Below, piece after piece: positions 1 through 7,659 of a DNA stretch of 32,000 nucleotides. A program made the translations under genes and the position numbers. The notes beneath the pieces were generated by a model that saw only the letters and a program-made list of their open reading frames with translations, was not told the origin of the DNA and did no database searches. Origin of the DNA: an uncultured Actinomycetes bacterium (GTDB lineage Bacteria; Actinomycetota; Actinomycetes; S36-B12; CAIYMF01); contig CAWJMG010000003.1 in assembly GCA_963843975.1 (NCBI GenBank), positions 2,726,297-2,758,296 of the forward strand. The letters run 5' to 3'. Every line of letters begins with the position of its first letter. Positions within the stretch are counted from its first letter, which is position 1.

Positions 1-30
1 TCCCCCAGCACTTCCCTTGCGACGCGTCAG

Positions 31-843
31 TTGCTGAACAAGGTCCCCGAGATCACCGTGGTGTTCTGGGTCATCAAGATCCTGTGCACCACGGTCGGGG
101 AGACCTTCGCCGACCTGCTCAACGAGAAGCTGGGCCTAGGGCTCACCCTGACGACGTACGTCATGGGGACGTTCCTGGCGCTGATGCTGATCGTGCAGTT
201 CTCATACCGCCGCTACGTGCCCTCGGTGTACTGGACCGTCGTGGTGCTGCTCAGCGTCGTCGGCACGCTGATCACCGACAACATGACCGACAACTTCGGC
301 ATACCGCTGGCGACGTCGACGTTGCTCTTCGCTGCCGCTCTCGCTGTCACGTTCGTGGTCTGGTACGCCGTCGAAGGAACCCTGTCGATCCACAGCATCA
401 CCTCGATCCGGCGCGAGGTCTTCTACTGGCTCACAATCCTGTTCACCTTCGCCCTGGGCACCGCCGCCGGCGACCTGGTCGGGGAGAAGTTCGGCCTGGG
501 CTACCTGTGGTCCGTCGTGCTGTGGGGGTCGCTGATCACGGTCATCGCGGTGGCGCACTCCCGGTTCGCCCTCAACGCTGTCCTGGCGTTCTGGTCCGCC
601 TACATCCTCACCCGCCCGCTGGGTGCCTCGATCGGGGACCTGCTGTCCCAGAAGCCGGTCGACGGCGGACTCGGCCTGGGCATCCTGAAGATCAGCGTCG
701 TGTTCCTGCTGACCATCGCTGCGCTGGTCGGCTACCTCACCAGGACCCGCGCGGACGTCACCGAGTACCACCTCTCACCCGAGGACGACGCTCTCTTGGA
801 CCAGCAGGACACCACCGCGGCTCCTGCGCCCCGCATCGCATGA
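31..843 (+). CDS. polytopic membrane protein with internal two-fold repeat (resembles COG4705-type uncharacterised membrane proteins)
   Basis: 270-aa ORF with a TTG start at 31. The frame stays open to the window edge, so the true start is uncertain. Multiple hydrophobic helices. Two related halves (VFWVIKILCTTVGETFADLL vs VFYWLTILFTFALGTAAGDLVGEKFGLG). G/C-dominated codon position 3. The stop overlaps the next start (ATGA at 840-843). Confidence 0.8.
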   Translation: MLNKVPEITVVFWVIKILCTTVGETFADLLNEKLGLGLTLTTYVMGTFLALMLIVQFSYRRYVPSVYWTVVVLLSVVGTLITDNMTDNFGIPLATSTLLFAAALAVTFVVWYAVEGTLSIHSITSIRREVFYWLTILFTFALGTAAGDLVGEKFGLGYLWSVVLWGSLITVIAVAHSRFALNAVLAFWSAYILTRPLGASIGDLLSQKPVDGGLGLGILKISVVFLLTIAALVGYLTRTRADVTEYHLSPEDDALLDQQDTTAAPAPRIA

Positions 844-1532
844 GCGGCCCAACTGCCGTTGCAGGCCATGTCCGGCTGCAGCCACAGGCGCTGCTCGAGC
901 ACGCACGCCGGGCATGGCCCGTCCTGCTTGTCGCGTCTTCGGCTGCGGTGATCCTCGCGGGACTCACGGACGCCGTCGGCGAGCACGACGGCGTGACCGC
1001 AGTCGACCGGCCTGTCGCCGCCTGGTTCGCCGCGCACCGAACCTTCGCGCAGGGCAGCCTCGGGCTCCAGCTCGCGCACGCCACCTCACCTGCCGTCCTG
1101 ATCGCACTGGTGCTGCTCACCGCCGTCGTCCTGCTGCGACGAGGCCTTCGCAGCGAAGCGCTCCTTCTCACCGGTGCGACGGTGGTCGCCTACGCCTCCG
1201 GTGCGGTGCTCAAGTTCGGCGAGCACCGTGCGCGGCCGTCGTCGCCAGTGAACCTGGCGCCTGAGGGTGAGCCGTCGTACCCATCGGGTCACGTCCTGGT
1301 CGTGGCCGTGATCGCCTTCACCGTCGTCGCCCTGGCGTGGTCGCACCTGTCCCGTGCCGGCCGGGTGACGGCCGTGGCCGTCGCCTCGGTCGCTGTCGGG
1401 GGCATCGCCCTGGACAGGCTGGTCGTGGGGGCGCACTGGCTCACCGACCTTGCCGGGTCTCTCGCCTTGGCCGTGGTCATCGTGAGCGTCGTCATCGCAG
1501 CGCTGCGATTGCTGCCAGAAAAGGCTGCGTAG
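840..1532 (+). CDS. PAP2-family (type 2 phosphatidic acid / undecaprenyl-PP type) membrane phosphatase
   Basis: This is the in-frame distal part of track ORF 84..1532. All three PAP2 motifs are present: KFGEHRARP (KxxxxxxRP), PSGH, and DRLVVGAHWLTD (SRxxxxxHxxxD-like). Several TM helices. ATG at 840 overlaps the upstream stop. The portion from 84 to 839 is an out-of-frame shadow of the previous gene. Confidence 0.85.
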   Translation: MSGPTAVAGHVRLQPQALLEHARRAWPVLLVASSAAVILAGLTDAVGEHDGVTAVDRPVAAWFAAHRTFAQGSLGLQLAHATSPAVLIALVLLTAVVLLRRGLRSEALLLTGATVVAYASGAVLKFGEHRARPSSPVNLAPEGEPSYPSGHVLVVAVIAFTVVALAWSHLSRAGRVTAVAVASVAVGGIALDRLVVGAHWLTDLAGSLALAVVIVSVVIAALRLLPEKAA

Positions 1533-1732
1533 CCGGGCCGCCTCCCCAACGCCAGGCGCCCCACCCGGGCCCCCGGGGGGAGGTGGACCTGGGTGGGGCG
1601 GGCCTTGATCGGACCCCTGAGGAAGGGGCCTTCTACGCGGTTCCGACGTTAGAGCACACCGCAGGAGTGACCGGTGGCGAACTGGCGATTCCAGATCGAC
1701 TGCGGAGGTTCGCTCCCGCGAGGGTGCGCGTG

Positions 1733-2185
1733 TCAGTCGTCCGAACCCGAGTCGTCGGAGCCCGAGCCGGAGTCGTCGGACGAGCCGTCGTGGCTGTCTC
1801 CGGACTGCGAGCCGGCCTGGCCGTTCTCGTGGTCACCGTCGTCCGTGGCCTGCTCGCCCTGGTCGTCGTCACCCTGCGCGTCGGCGTTCTCGCCCTGGTC
1901 GTCGGACTCCACAGACTGGCTGGCAGCGGGCTCGGCAGTCTCCGCCTGGTTGCTGCTCTCGACCGCGTCCGGGGTATCGGACACCTCTGGGGTCTCGGCG
2001 GCGTCGGGGGTCTTGGAGACCTCAGGGGACTCAGACTCGGTCTGGTCAACCTCGGGAATGGAGGTGGCCACCACGTCGGGGGTCGACGAGACCCGCGGGG
2101 TGTCGGCGTGGCTGGCGGCGAACGCAGCCGTCGAGCCGAGCAGCACGCCGGCAACGGCGAGGGGAACAACGAGTTGCAGCTTCAT
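1733..2185 (-). CDS. secreted, highly acidic low-complexity protein
   Basis: 150-aa ORF with an N-terminal signal peptide (MKLQLVVPLAVAGVLLGSTAAFA-AS). The rest is D/E/S/T/P-rich with reiterated TPEVS.TPDA.E units and a DDSGSGSDDSGSDD tail. Codon-3 GC is high. Confidence 0.6.
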   Translation of the reverse strand: MKLQLVVPLAVAGVLLGSTAAFAASHADTPRVSSTPDVVATSIPEVDQTESESPEVSKTPDAAETPEVSDTPDAVESSNQAETAEPAASQSVESDDQGENADAQGDDDQGEQATDDGDHENGQAGSQSGDSHDGSSDDSGSGSDDSGSDD

Positions 2186-2680
2186 GGTGGTCCTTCGCGT
2201 TGGGGGTCGAGTCCTCTCTGCTCAGCATCGGCTGGCGGCAGTGGGTAACCAGCCAACGGGCATCCAAGATCCGTCCAAGAGGTCGCCAAGAACCGAATAT
2301 CGACGCCCACGACACCTCGCGGACGTCGAGCACGGCCTGGGTCCGGCGGCCAGGCGCCAGCCCGCCGTTCGAACGAGCGAGATGTGGCTGGGGGCCGGGG
2401 GGCGTGACGAGGCCACTTTGTCCAGATGACGGTCGGTGGTCCGAGTGACGCGCGAGCAGGCGAGTGGTTCTCGTCGCCGATCTGCCACCCGTCGGGGCTG
2501 ATCTACATCCCGGGCATGCAGAGTGGAACGGCGTCACCGAGCGGCCCCATCATTCTCATCCCCTCGACCCAACGATCACGATCGTCAGCGCGGACTCCTC
2601 TGGCTCCAAGGAGCGGCGGGCCGCTGACGGCGCGCTGTCGAGGCCGTACGCCGCGCATCTTGGAGGTGTGGATGATCTCG

Positions 2681-2702
2681 CGCCCAGCGCGCCCAGCGCG
2701 CC
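2681..2702. repeat. tandem direct repeat CGCCCAGCG x2 plus a partial third copy, 16 nt upstream of the relaxase start
   Basis: Read directly: cgcccagcg (2681-2689), cgcccagcg (2690-2698), cgcc (2699-2702). Confidence 0.6.
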
Positions 2703-2717
2703 TGGTGGTGCTGGGTC

Positions 2718-5700
2718 GTGATGTCTTTGGCGCGTATGTCCGCGGGCGCGGGGTACCAGTACCTGTTGCGCCACACCGCGTGTGGTGATGTGCAACGAGA
2801 CCCTTCGACGCCGTTGACGGCGTACTACACCGCGTCGGGCTATCCGCCCGGCTCCTGGTACGGCGCCGGGCTTGCCGTCCTCGGGATCGCGTCCGGCGCA
2901 GCCGTGACCGAGGTAGGCATGGCCCGTCTCTACGGCCACGGCCAGCACCCCACTAGCGGAACGCCGCTGGGCCGCCCCTACTTGGCGTTCCGCAGCCAGG
3001 CGCAGCGCATCGCCGACTCCGTCGCGGCGCTGCCGGAGTCGATGACGGACTCCGCCCGGGCTGCGGCGGTCGAGGCGATCACCCGGTTGGAGGCCGCACG
3101 GAGGCCGCGTGTCGCGGTTGCCGGGTTCGATCTCACGTTCACTTCACCGAAGTCGGCCAGCGTGCTGTGGGCGTTGGCCGACCCGGACGTTCAGGCCCTC
3201 GTGGTCGCCGCGCATCGGGCTGCGGTCCGCGACGCGCTCGCGTTCCTGGAGGACCGGGCGCTGTTCACCAGGATCGGGCACAACTCGATCGCCCAAGTCC
3301 CGACCCGCGGGATGGTCGCTGCCCTGTTCGATCATTGGGACACCCGCACCGGCGACCCGAACCTGCACACCCATGTCGTGGTGGCGAACAAGGTCCAGGG
3401 CCTCGATGGGGTGTGGCGGTCCCTGGACTCCCGGGCCCTGCACCACGCCGCGGTCGCGGTGTCCGAGCTCTACGACAACCTGCTCGCCGACCACCTCACG
3501 ACCGCGCTCGACCAGAACACCGGCCACCGGGCTGGGTCCTCGTGGGGGTGGCGGGATCGCGGACCGCGGCGCACCCCGGCCTTCGAGCTCGACGCCGTTC
3601 CCGACGACCTACTCACCGAGTTCTCAACCCGATCGGCGGCGATCGCCACCGCGATGACCGACGCCCTGGTCGACTTCCACGCCGCGCACGGACGCGGACC
3701 GAACCGGGTGGAGACGACCCGTCTGCGTCAGCAGCTGACCACCGCGACCCGCCCCGCCAAGACGATGCGCCCGCTGCCCGAGCTAATGGCATGGTGGCGC
3801 GAGCGAGCCCGGCGCCTGCTGCGCCGCGCCCCGCACCCGCTCCTCGCCCCCGCGTGGAGCAGCCAGCACGCGACACCGGCGTTCACCGCCGCCATGGGTC
3901 GTAGTCGCGTCGGAGTCCGTCACGATACTGACGGAGTCGCCGGGCCAGTCCGTCACGGACTCCGTCACGGGACCCTGACCAGCGACGATACCTCAGCCGT
4001 CGGCAGCCAAGGCTGGCGCGGCACGGCACGATCCGGCGGGATGCTCCGCAGCCGGCTGCACCCACGCTCCGCCCACACAGCCCGTCCGAGCGTCTCCGAC
4101 GACGTTGTCGAGCACCTCGCCGCAGTAGCCCTGGACGCGGTACTGGCGAGGCGCTCGACGTGGACCCGGTGGAACCTGCTCGCCGAGGCCGCGCGCGCCA
4201 CCCGCGGTCTGCGGCTACCGAGCGCGGCGGAGCGGATCGCCTTGCACGACCGCGTCTGCGCGACCGCCCTTGCCGGCTGCATGCCGTTGACCGCGCCGGA
4301 CCGGTGGACCGTGCCGGAGGGGTGGCGGCGCCCCGACGGCACCACAGTGTTCGACCGACCCGACGAGGATCGGTTTAGCCACAGGGTCATCCTGGACGCG
4401 GAGGCCCGCCTGCTGGCCGCCGCCGCCGACCAGCACGCCCCCGGCGTGGACGAAACGGTCGCCCGCAGCGCAGCGGTCAAGGTCCAGTCGCCGCGCCACC
4501 CCGGGGGTCGCCACGTGCGCCTCGCCAGCGATCAGGTCGACGCCGTCATCGGCATCGCCACCTCGCGGCGGCTCCTGGATGTCCTGGTCGGTCCGGCGGG
4601 GACCGGGAAGACCACGACCCTGCGCGCCCTGCGCACCGCGTGGGAGAACGTGCACGGGCCCGGCACGGTGCTCGGGCTGGCACCATCGGCGGCTGCGGCG
4701 CACGAGCTCGCCGACGCCCTCGGCGTAGCGTGCGAGAACACCGCGAAGTGGCTGCACGAGTCCACCGGCCCCGCCGCCCAGCAACGCGCCGCGGTGCGCG
4801 CGGGCCTGCTCGAACGGCGCACCGCCGCGACCAGCGCGGGCGACGCGCGCACGGTGCGGCGGGTCGACACCGCGCTGGCCCGACTCGACGCGCAGCAGGA
4901 CCGGTGGCGGCTGCGGCCCGGGACGCTGCTCGTCGTCGACGAGGCGTCCCTGGCCGGCACACTGGCCCTCGACGACCTGGCCGCCCAGGCTGCTGCCGCG
5001 GGGGCCAAGCTGCTGCTCGTCGGCGACCACCACCAGCTCGGCGCCGTCGACGCGGGCGGCGCGTTCGCCCTGCTCGCCGCCACCGGCGCCGCGCACCGGC
5101 TGCGGTCGCTGTGGAGGTTCACCCACCGGTGGGAGGCCCACGCCACCCGGGCCCTGCGCGAGGGGCATCCGGGCGCCCTTGCGACCTACGACCGTCACGG
5201 CCGCATCCATGAGGGAGGGCCCTTGGACGTCCTCGACGCTGCCTACTCCGCGTGGGCGAGCGACAGCCGCGGCGGCGCGTCGGCGCTGCTGCTCGCCGCC
5301 GATGGCGCGACGGTCGCCGCTCTCAACCACCGTGCCCGCACCGACCGCGTCGCCGCCGGTCTCGTCGACGATACGACCACCGTCCGCCTCGCCGATGGAC
5401 TGCAAGCCGGCACCGGGGACCTCGTCGTCACGCGCCGCAACGACCGCCGCCTGGCCACCGCCGCGGGCGGCCATGTCCGCAACGGCACCCGCTGGACGCT
5501 CACGACCATCCACGCAGACGGCAGCGCCGACCTCGCGGCGCAGTCCGGCACCGACCCAGAAGGCACCGGCCAGGACCGTGTTCGTGTGCCTGCCGACTAC
5601 GTGCGCCGCCACCTCGAGCTCGGCTACGCCACCACCATCCATCGGGCCCAAGGACTCACCGTCGACCACACCCATCTCCTGGCCACCGAGGGCATGACCC

Positions 5701-6044
5701 GCGAGTCGCTGTACGTCGGGATGACCCGAGCCCGGCACTCCAACCACGTCTACGTGCCCGTCGACCCACTCGACGACGGATGCGAGCACCTCCCCGACCC
5801 CGGCCGTCACTCCCCCGACGCGCACGAACAGCTGCGCACGATCCTGGCCACCACTGGCCGCGAACGGTCTGCCACCGAGCAATTGCGCGACCAGACGAGG
5901 GGTCCGAGCCAGCGGGAGCGCGATGCCGTGCGCGCCACCCTCGCCGACACCCGACCGCCCTACCCCGCCGCAGATGCGCACGAAGACCCGCGGACGCGCG
6001 CCCGCCGCTCCACCAACCGCTCCGTGAGAGGACCACAGCGATGA
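2718..6044 (+). CDS. MobF/TrwC-family conjugative relaxase fused to a RecD/TraA-like helicase
   Basis: 1108 aa. The N-terminus (MSLARMSAGAGYQYLLRHTA ... TAYYTASGYPPGSWYGAGL) is typical of the TrwC relaxase domain. His-triad motif HWDTRTGDPNLHTHVVVANK. C-terminal helicase features: Walker A VGPAGTGKTT, LLLVGDHHQLGAVDAGGAF, and ATTIHRAQGLTVDHTHL. The start is GTG 2718 or ATG 2721. Confidence 0.95.
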   Translation: MMSLARMSAGAGYQYLLRHTACGDVQRDPSTPLTAYYTASGYPPGSWYGAGLAVLGIASGAAVTEVGMARLYGHGQHPTSGTPLGRPYLAFRSQAQRIADSVAALPESMTDSARAAAVEAITRLEAARRPRVAVAGFDLTFTSPKSASVLWALADPDVQALVVAAHRAAVRDALAFLEDRALFTRIGHNSIAQVPTRGMVAALFDHWDTRTGDPNLHTHVVVANKVQGLDGVWRSLDSRALHHAAVAVSELYDNLLADHLTTALDQNTGHRAGSSWGWRDRGPRRTPAFELDAVPDDLLTEFSTRSAAIATAMTDALVDFHAAHGRGPNRVETTRLRQQLTTATRPAKTMRPLPELMAWWRERARRLLRRAPHPLLAPAWSSQHATPAFTAAMGRSRVGVRHDTDGVAGPVRHGLRHGTLTSDDTSAVGSQGWRGTARSGGMLRSRLHPRSAHTARPSVSDDVVEHLAAVALDAVLARRSTWTRWNLLAEAARATRGLRLPSAAERIALHDRVCATALAGCMPLTAPDRWTVPEGWRRPDGTTVFDRPDEDRFSHRVILDAEARLLAAAADQHAPGVDETVARSAAVKVQSPRHPGGRHVRLASDQVDAVIGIATSRRLLDVLVGPAGTGKTTTLRALRTAWENVHGPGTVLGLAPSAAAAHELADALGVACENTAKWLHESTGPAAQQRAAVRAGLLERRTAATSAGDARTVRRVDTALARLDAQQDRWRLRPGTLLVVDEASLAGTLALDDLAAQAAAAGAKLLLVGDHHQLGAVDAGGAFALLAATGAAHRLRSLWRFTHRWEAHATRALREGHPGALATYDRHGRIHEGGPLDVLDAAYSAWASDSRGGASALLLAADGATVAALNHRARTDRVAAGLVDDTTTVRLADGLQAGTGDLVVTRRNDRRLATAAGGHVRNGTRWTLTTIHADGSADLAAQSGTDPEGTGQDRVRVPADYVRRHLELGYATTIHRAQGLTVDHTHLLATEGMTRESLYVGMTRARHSNHVYVPVDPLDDGCEHLPDPGRHSPDAHEQLRTILATTGRERSATEQLRDQTRGPSQRERDAVRATLADTRPPYPAADAHEDPRTRARRSTNRSVRGPQR
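3913..3971. repeat. cluster of four copies of a GWSTCCGTCAC-like motif (three direct, one inverted) inside the relaxase ORF
   Basis: Copies: gagtccgtcacg (3913-), inverted tgacggagtc (3929-3938), cagtccgtcacgg (3947-), gactccgtcacgg (3958-). 3929-3938 and 3958-3967 are perfect reverse complements. Codon-3 GC drops locally across roughly 3895-3965. Confidence 0.6.
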
Positions 6045-6418
6045 CCTCTAACCAGCCCTACCGTTCGGGCACGACGAACCGGCGGGTCGACCCGTTCGCC
6101 GCCTTCGCCCTTGCCTGGCCGACCCTGAGCGCCGACGAGACCGACGACGCCCTCGCCGAACTCGAGGACTGGATCGACTGGCTGCGCGACCGCTATCACC
6201 TCGACCACCGCCACCTGCCCCATTGCTGGGCCCTGCACAGCGAGCTCATCGAGGAGCTCTCCGCGCTCCACACCGCCTGGCAGCACTCCTACGCACCCGA
6301 CGCCGACGGCAGCGCGCCCTTGCGCTGGCACGACGCCTTCGACGCCGGTCGGCAACGACTCCTGGACTGGGTCGCTCGCACAGGCTGCCGGCCTGACAAC
6401 CACCGTGAGCACCTATGA
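6041..6418 (+). CDS. small conserved relaxase-associated protein (DUF4913-like)
   Basis: 125 aa; distal part of track ORF 5252..6418. ATG 6041 overlaps the relaxase stop (ATGA). The W/H-rich core HLPHCWALHSELIEELSALHTAWQHSY...LRWHDAF resembles the W..H.E....L.ALW.AW signature recalled for DUF4913 proteins next to actinobacterial relaxases. Confidence 0.65.
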   Translation: MTSNQPYRSGTTNRRVDPFAAFALAWPTLSADETDDALAELEDWIDWLRDRYHLDHRHLPHCWALHSELIEELSALHTAWQHSYAPDADGSAPLRWHDAFDAGRQRLLDWVARTGCRPDNHREHL

Positions 6419-6567
6419 GCTGCGGCCCGCCCCATTCGGCGCCTCGCCTGCGGACGGAAACGCGGGCGGGGCAGGCCGACGGCATTCGTCCGGCCACTGA
6501 TGCCCCGGTTCGGTGCCGATGCTGCAGCACCTGGGCGGCTCTCGCGACGCGCAGTAGGTTGCGTCGC

Positions 6568-6879
6568 ATGGAGGTGTCGCTGCTCTACATCCGGGACTGC
6601 CCCAACCGGTCGCTGGCGCAGGCTCGGCTCGGTGAAGCCCTTGCCCGGATTGGGCAGCCCGACCAGGCGATCGACCTCATCCTCATCACCTCCGTCGACG
6701 AGGCGGAGGAGCTGCATTTCAAGGGTTCGCCGACGATCCTCGTCGACGGGGTCGACCCGTGGGCGCCGCCCGGACCGGCCCCTGGAGGGCTCGCCTGCCG
6801 CATGTACCGCACCGACGGGCAGGCGTCGCGTGCGCCCAGCGTCGAGGAGATCGTCCAGGCATTGACTCGACGGACCTGA
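6568..6879 (+). CDS. small thioredoxin-fold protein (of the type often found beside mer / redox genes in actinobacteria)
   Basis: 103 aa from ATG 6568 (MEVSLLYIRDCPNRSLAQARL...HFKGSPTILVDGVDPWA...GLACRMYRTDG...PSVEEIVQAL). The pattern (Y..CPN, GSPTILVDG.DP, GL.CR.Y) matches that family from memory. The 6415-6567 extension has poor coding character. Confidence 0.55.
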   Translation: MEVSLLYIRDCPNRSLAQARLGEALARIGQPDQAIDLILITSVDEAEELHFKGSPTILVDGVDPWAPPGPAPGGLACRMYRTDGQASRAPSVEEIVQALTRRT

Positions 6880-6898
6880 ATGCTGGCTCGCGAGAAGG

Positions 6899-7114
6899 TC
6901 AGCGCACCAGCAACGCGATCTGCTCGCACGTCGCGAGACTCACCGCGCCACGGCTCGGGACGGGGACGTCGTGCTCGGACGCGAGCTCTCGAGCGACCTG
7001 CGGGTTCGCCTTCAAGTAGGCGGTCACGACCTGATGGGAGAGGCGCCCTCGCTGAGCGACTTGCTCGCCCGCCTCGTGCGCCCACGAACGCACCACGTTC
7101 GGCTCGTACGTCAT
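6899..7114 (-). CDS. Lsr2 C-terminal DNA-binding-domain protein lacking the N-terminal oligomerisation domain
   Basis: 71 aa from ATG 7114, with GAGGA about 10 nt upstream. VRSWAHEAGEQVAQRGRLSHQVVTAYLKA matches the Lsr2 DNA-binding domain (IRAWA...G..VS.RGRI...V..AY..A, RGR AT-hook-like core). The upstream extension to 7228 has low codon-3 GC. Confidence 0.65.
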   Translation of the reverse strand: MTYEPNVVRSWAHEAGEQVAQRGRLSHQVVTAYLKANPQVARELASEHDVPVPSRGAVSLATCEQIALLVR

Positions 7115-7318
7115 CGATATCCATCCTCGCGCCCGTGGTTGGCCACGTGGAGCATGCCACGGTTCGACGCCCGCACGCTGCCGTACATCACGACGCACTC
7201 CGCGGTCCGCAGTCGGCCCCGGGAGCAATCGGAGCGCCGATCGACCAGCCGTAGGGCCGGCCGAACGAACCGGGTCAGCCGCCCAGCCGGAACGGGAAGA
7301 ACGACAGCGGTGAGAGCG

Positions 7319-7588
7319 TCAGTCCCTGCGTCGCACGGTGATCGACCACGCGGCCTTCACCGCGGCAGCCACACGGTCGATCGCCTCGTCGAGCGCGCGG
7401 TCCACAACGTTGTCGGTCGCCTTGACCAGCAGGTAGGCGCCGACGAGTTCCACCGCGGTCGTGAGATCCCGCCGTTCCTCGGAGTATCCGGACCCGCTGA
7501 CCTCGAATCCCTCCGCACGAAGGGCGTCCGAGACGAGGGCCAGGCTGCGAGGTGTGGCGGGTTGGACGAGGACAGTCGCGTGTGGCAT
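7319..7588 (-). CDS. hypothetical small protein (89 aa)
   Basis: This is the only protein-like, high-GC3 part of the 721-aa track ORF 7319..9484 (MPHATVLVQPATPRSLALVSDALRAEGFEV...). It lies 71 nt downstream of the ArdC-like gene on the same strand. No family recognised. Confidence 0.5.
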   Translation of the reverse strand: MPHATVLVQPATPRSLALVSDALRAEGFEVSGSGYSEERRDLTTAVELVGAYLLVKATDNVVDRALDEAIDRVAAAVKAAWSITVRRRD

Positions 7589-7659
7589 GTGCTCAGCATG
7601 CCGGTCGGGTCCGACGACTCCGGGCAATGCGTCACGGCGGCGGCTTGCCGGCGTGCGCG

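Noticed and set aside
84-839. N-terminal 252 codons of track ORF 84..1532
   Set aside because: This stretch is out of frame within the membrane-protein gene 31..843 and is R/P/H/G-rich. PAP2 homology and hydrophobic helices begin only after ATG 840.
2367-2373. GTTCGAA, resembling a tRNA T-loop, which could have marked an ICE attachment site
   Set aside because: The flanking bases do not form a T-stem on either strand (ccgcc/cgagc are not complementary), and no acceptor or anticodon arms are present. It is not a tRNA.
2464-2721. 85-aa plus-strand ORF ending in a TGATG/GTGA overlap with the relaxase start, a possible relaxase accessory protein
   Set aside because: Codon-3 GC is high only in its distal half, which has no in-frame start codon. 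The proximal half looks non-coding, and no RHH-like or other motif was recognised. It is left as part of the candidate oriT region.
4215-5981. 588-aa ORF on the minus strand
   Set aside because: It is fully antisense to the relaxase-helicase, which has unambiguous motifs. Its composition is R/G/A/P/V-dominated with no recognisable motif, a typical high-GC shadow ORF.
6415-6567. N-terminal 51 codons of track ORF 6415..6879
   Set aside because: The peptide is R/C/A-rich and not protein-like. Thioredoxin-fold similarity begins at MEVSLLY (ATG 6568).
7115-7228. Upstream extension of the Lsr2-like ORF
   Set aside because: Codon-3 GC is low and the peptide is R/G/P-rich. A GAGGA ribosome-binding site sits in front of the internal ATG 7114.
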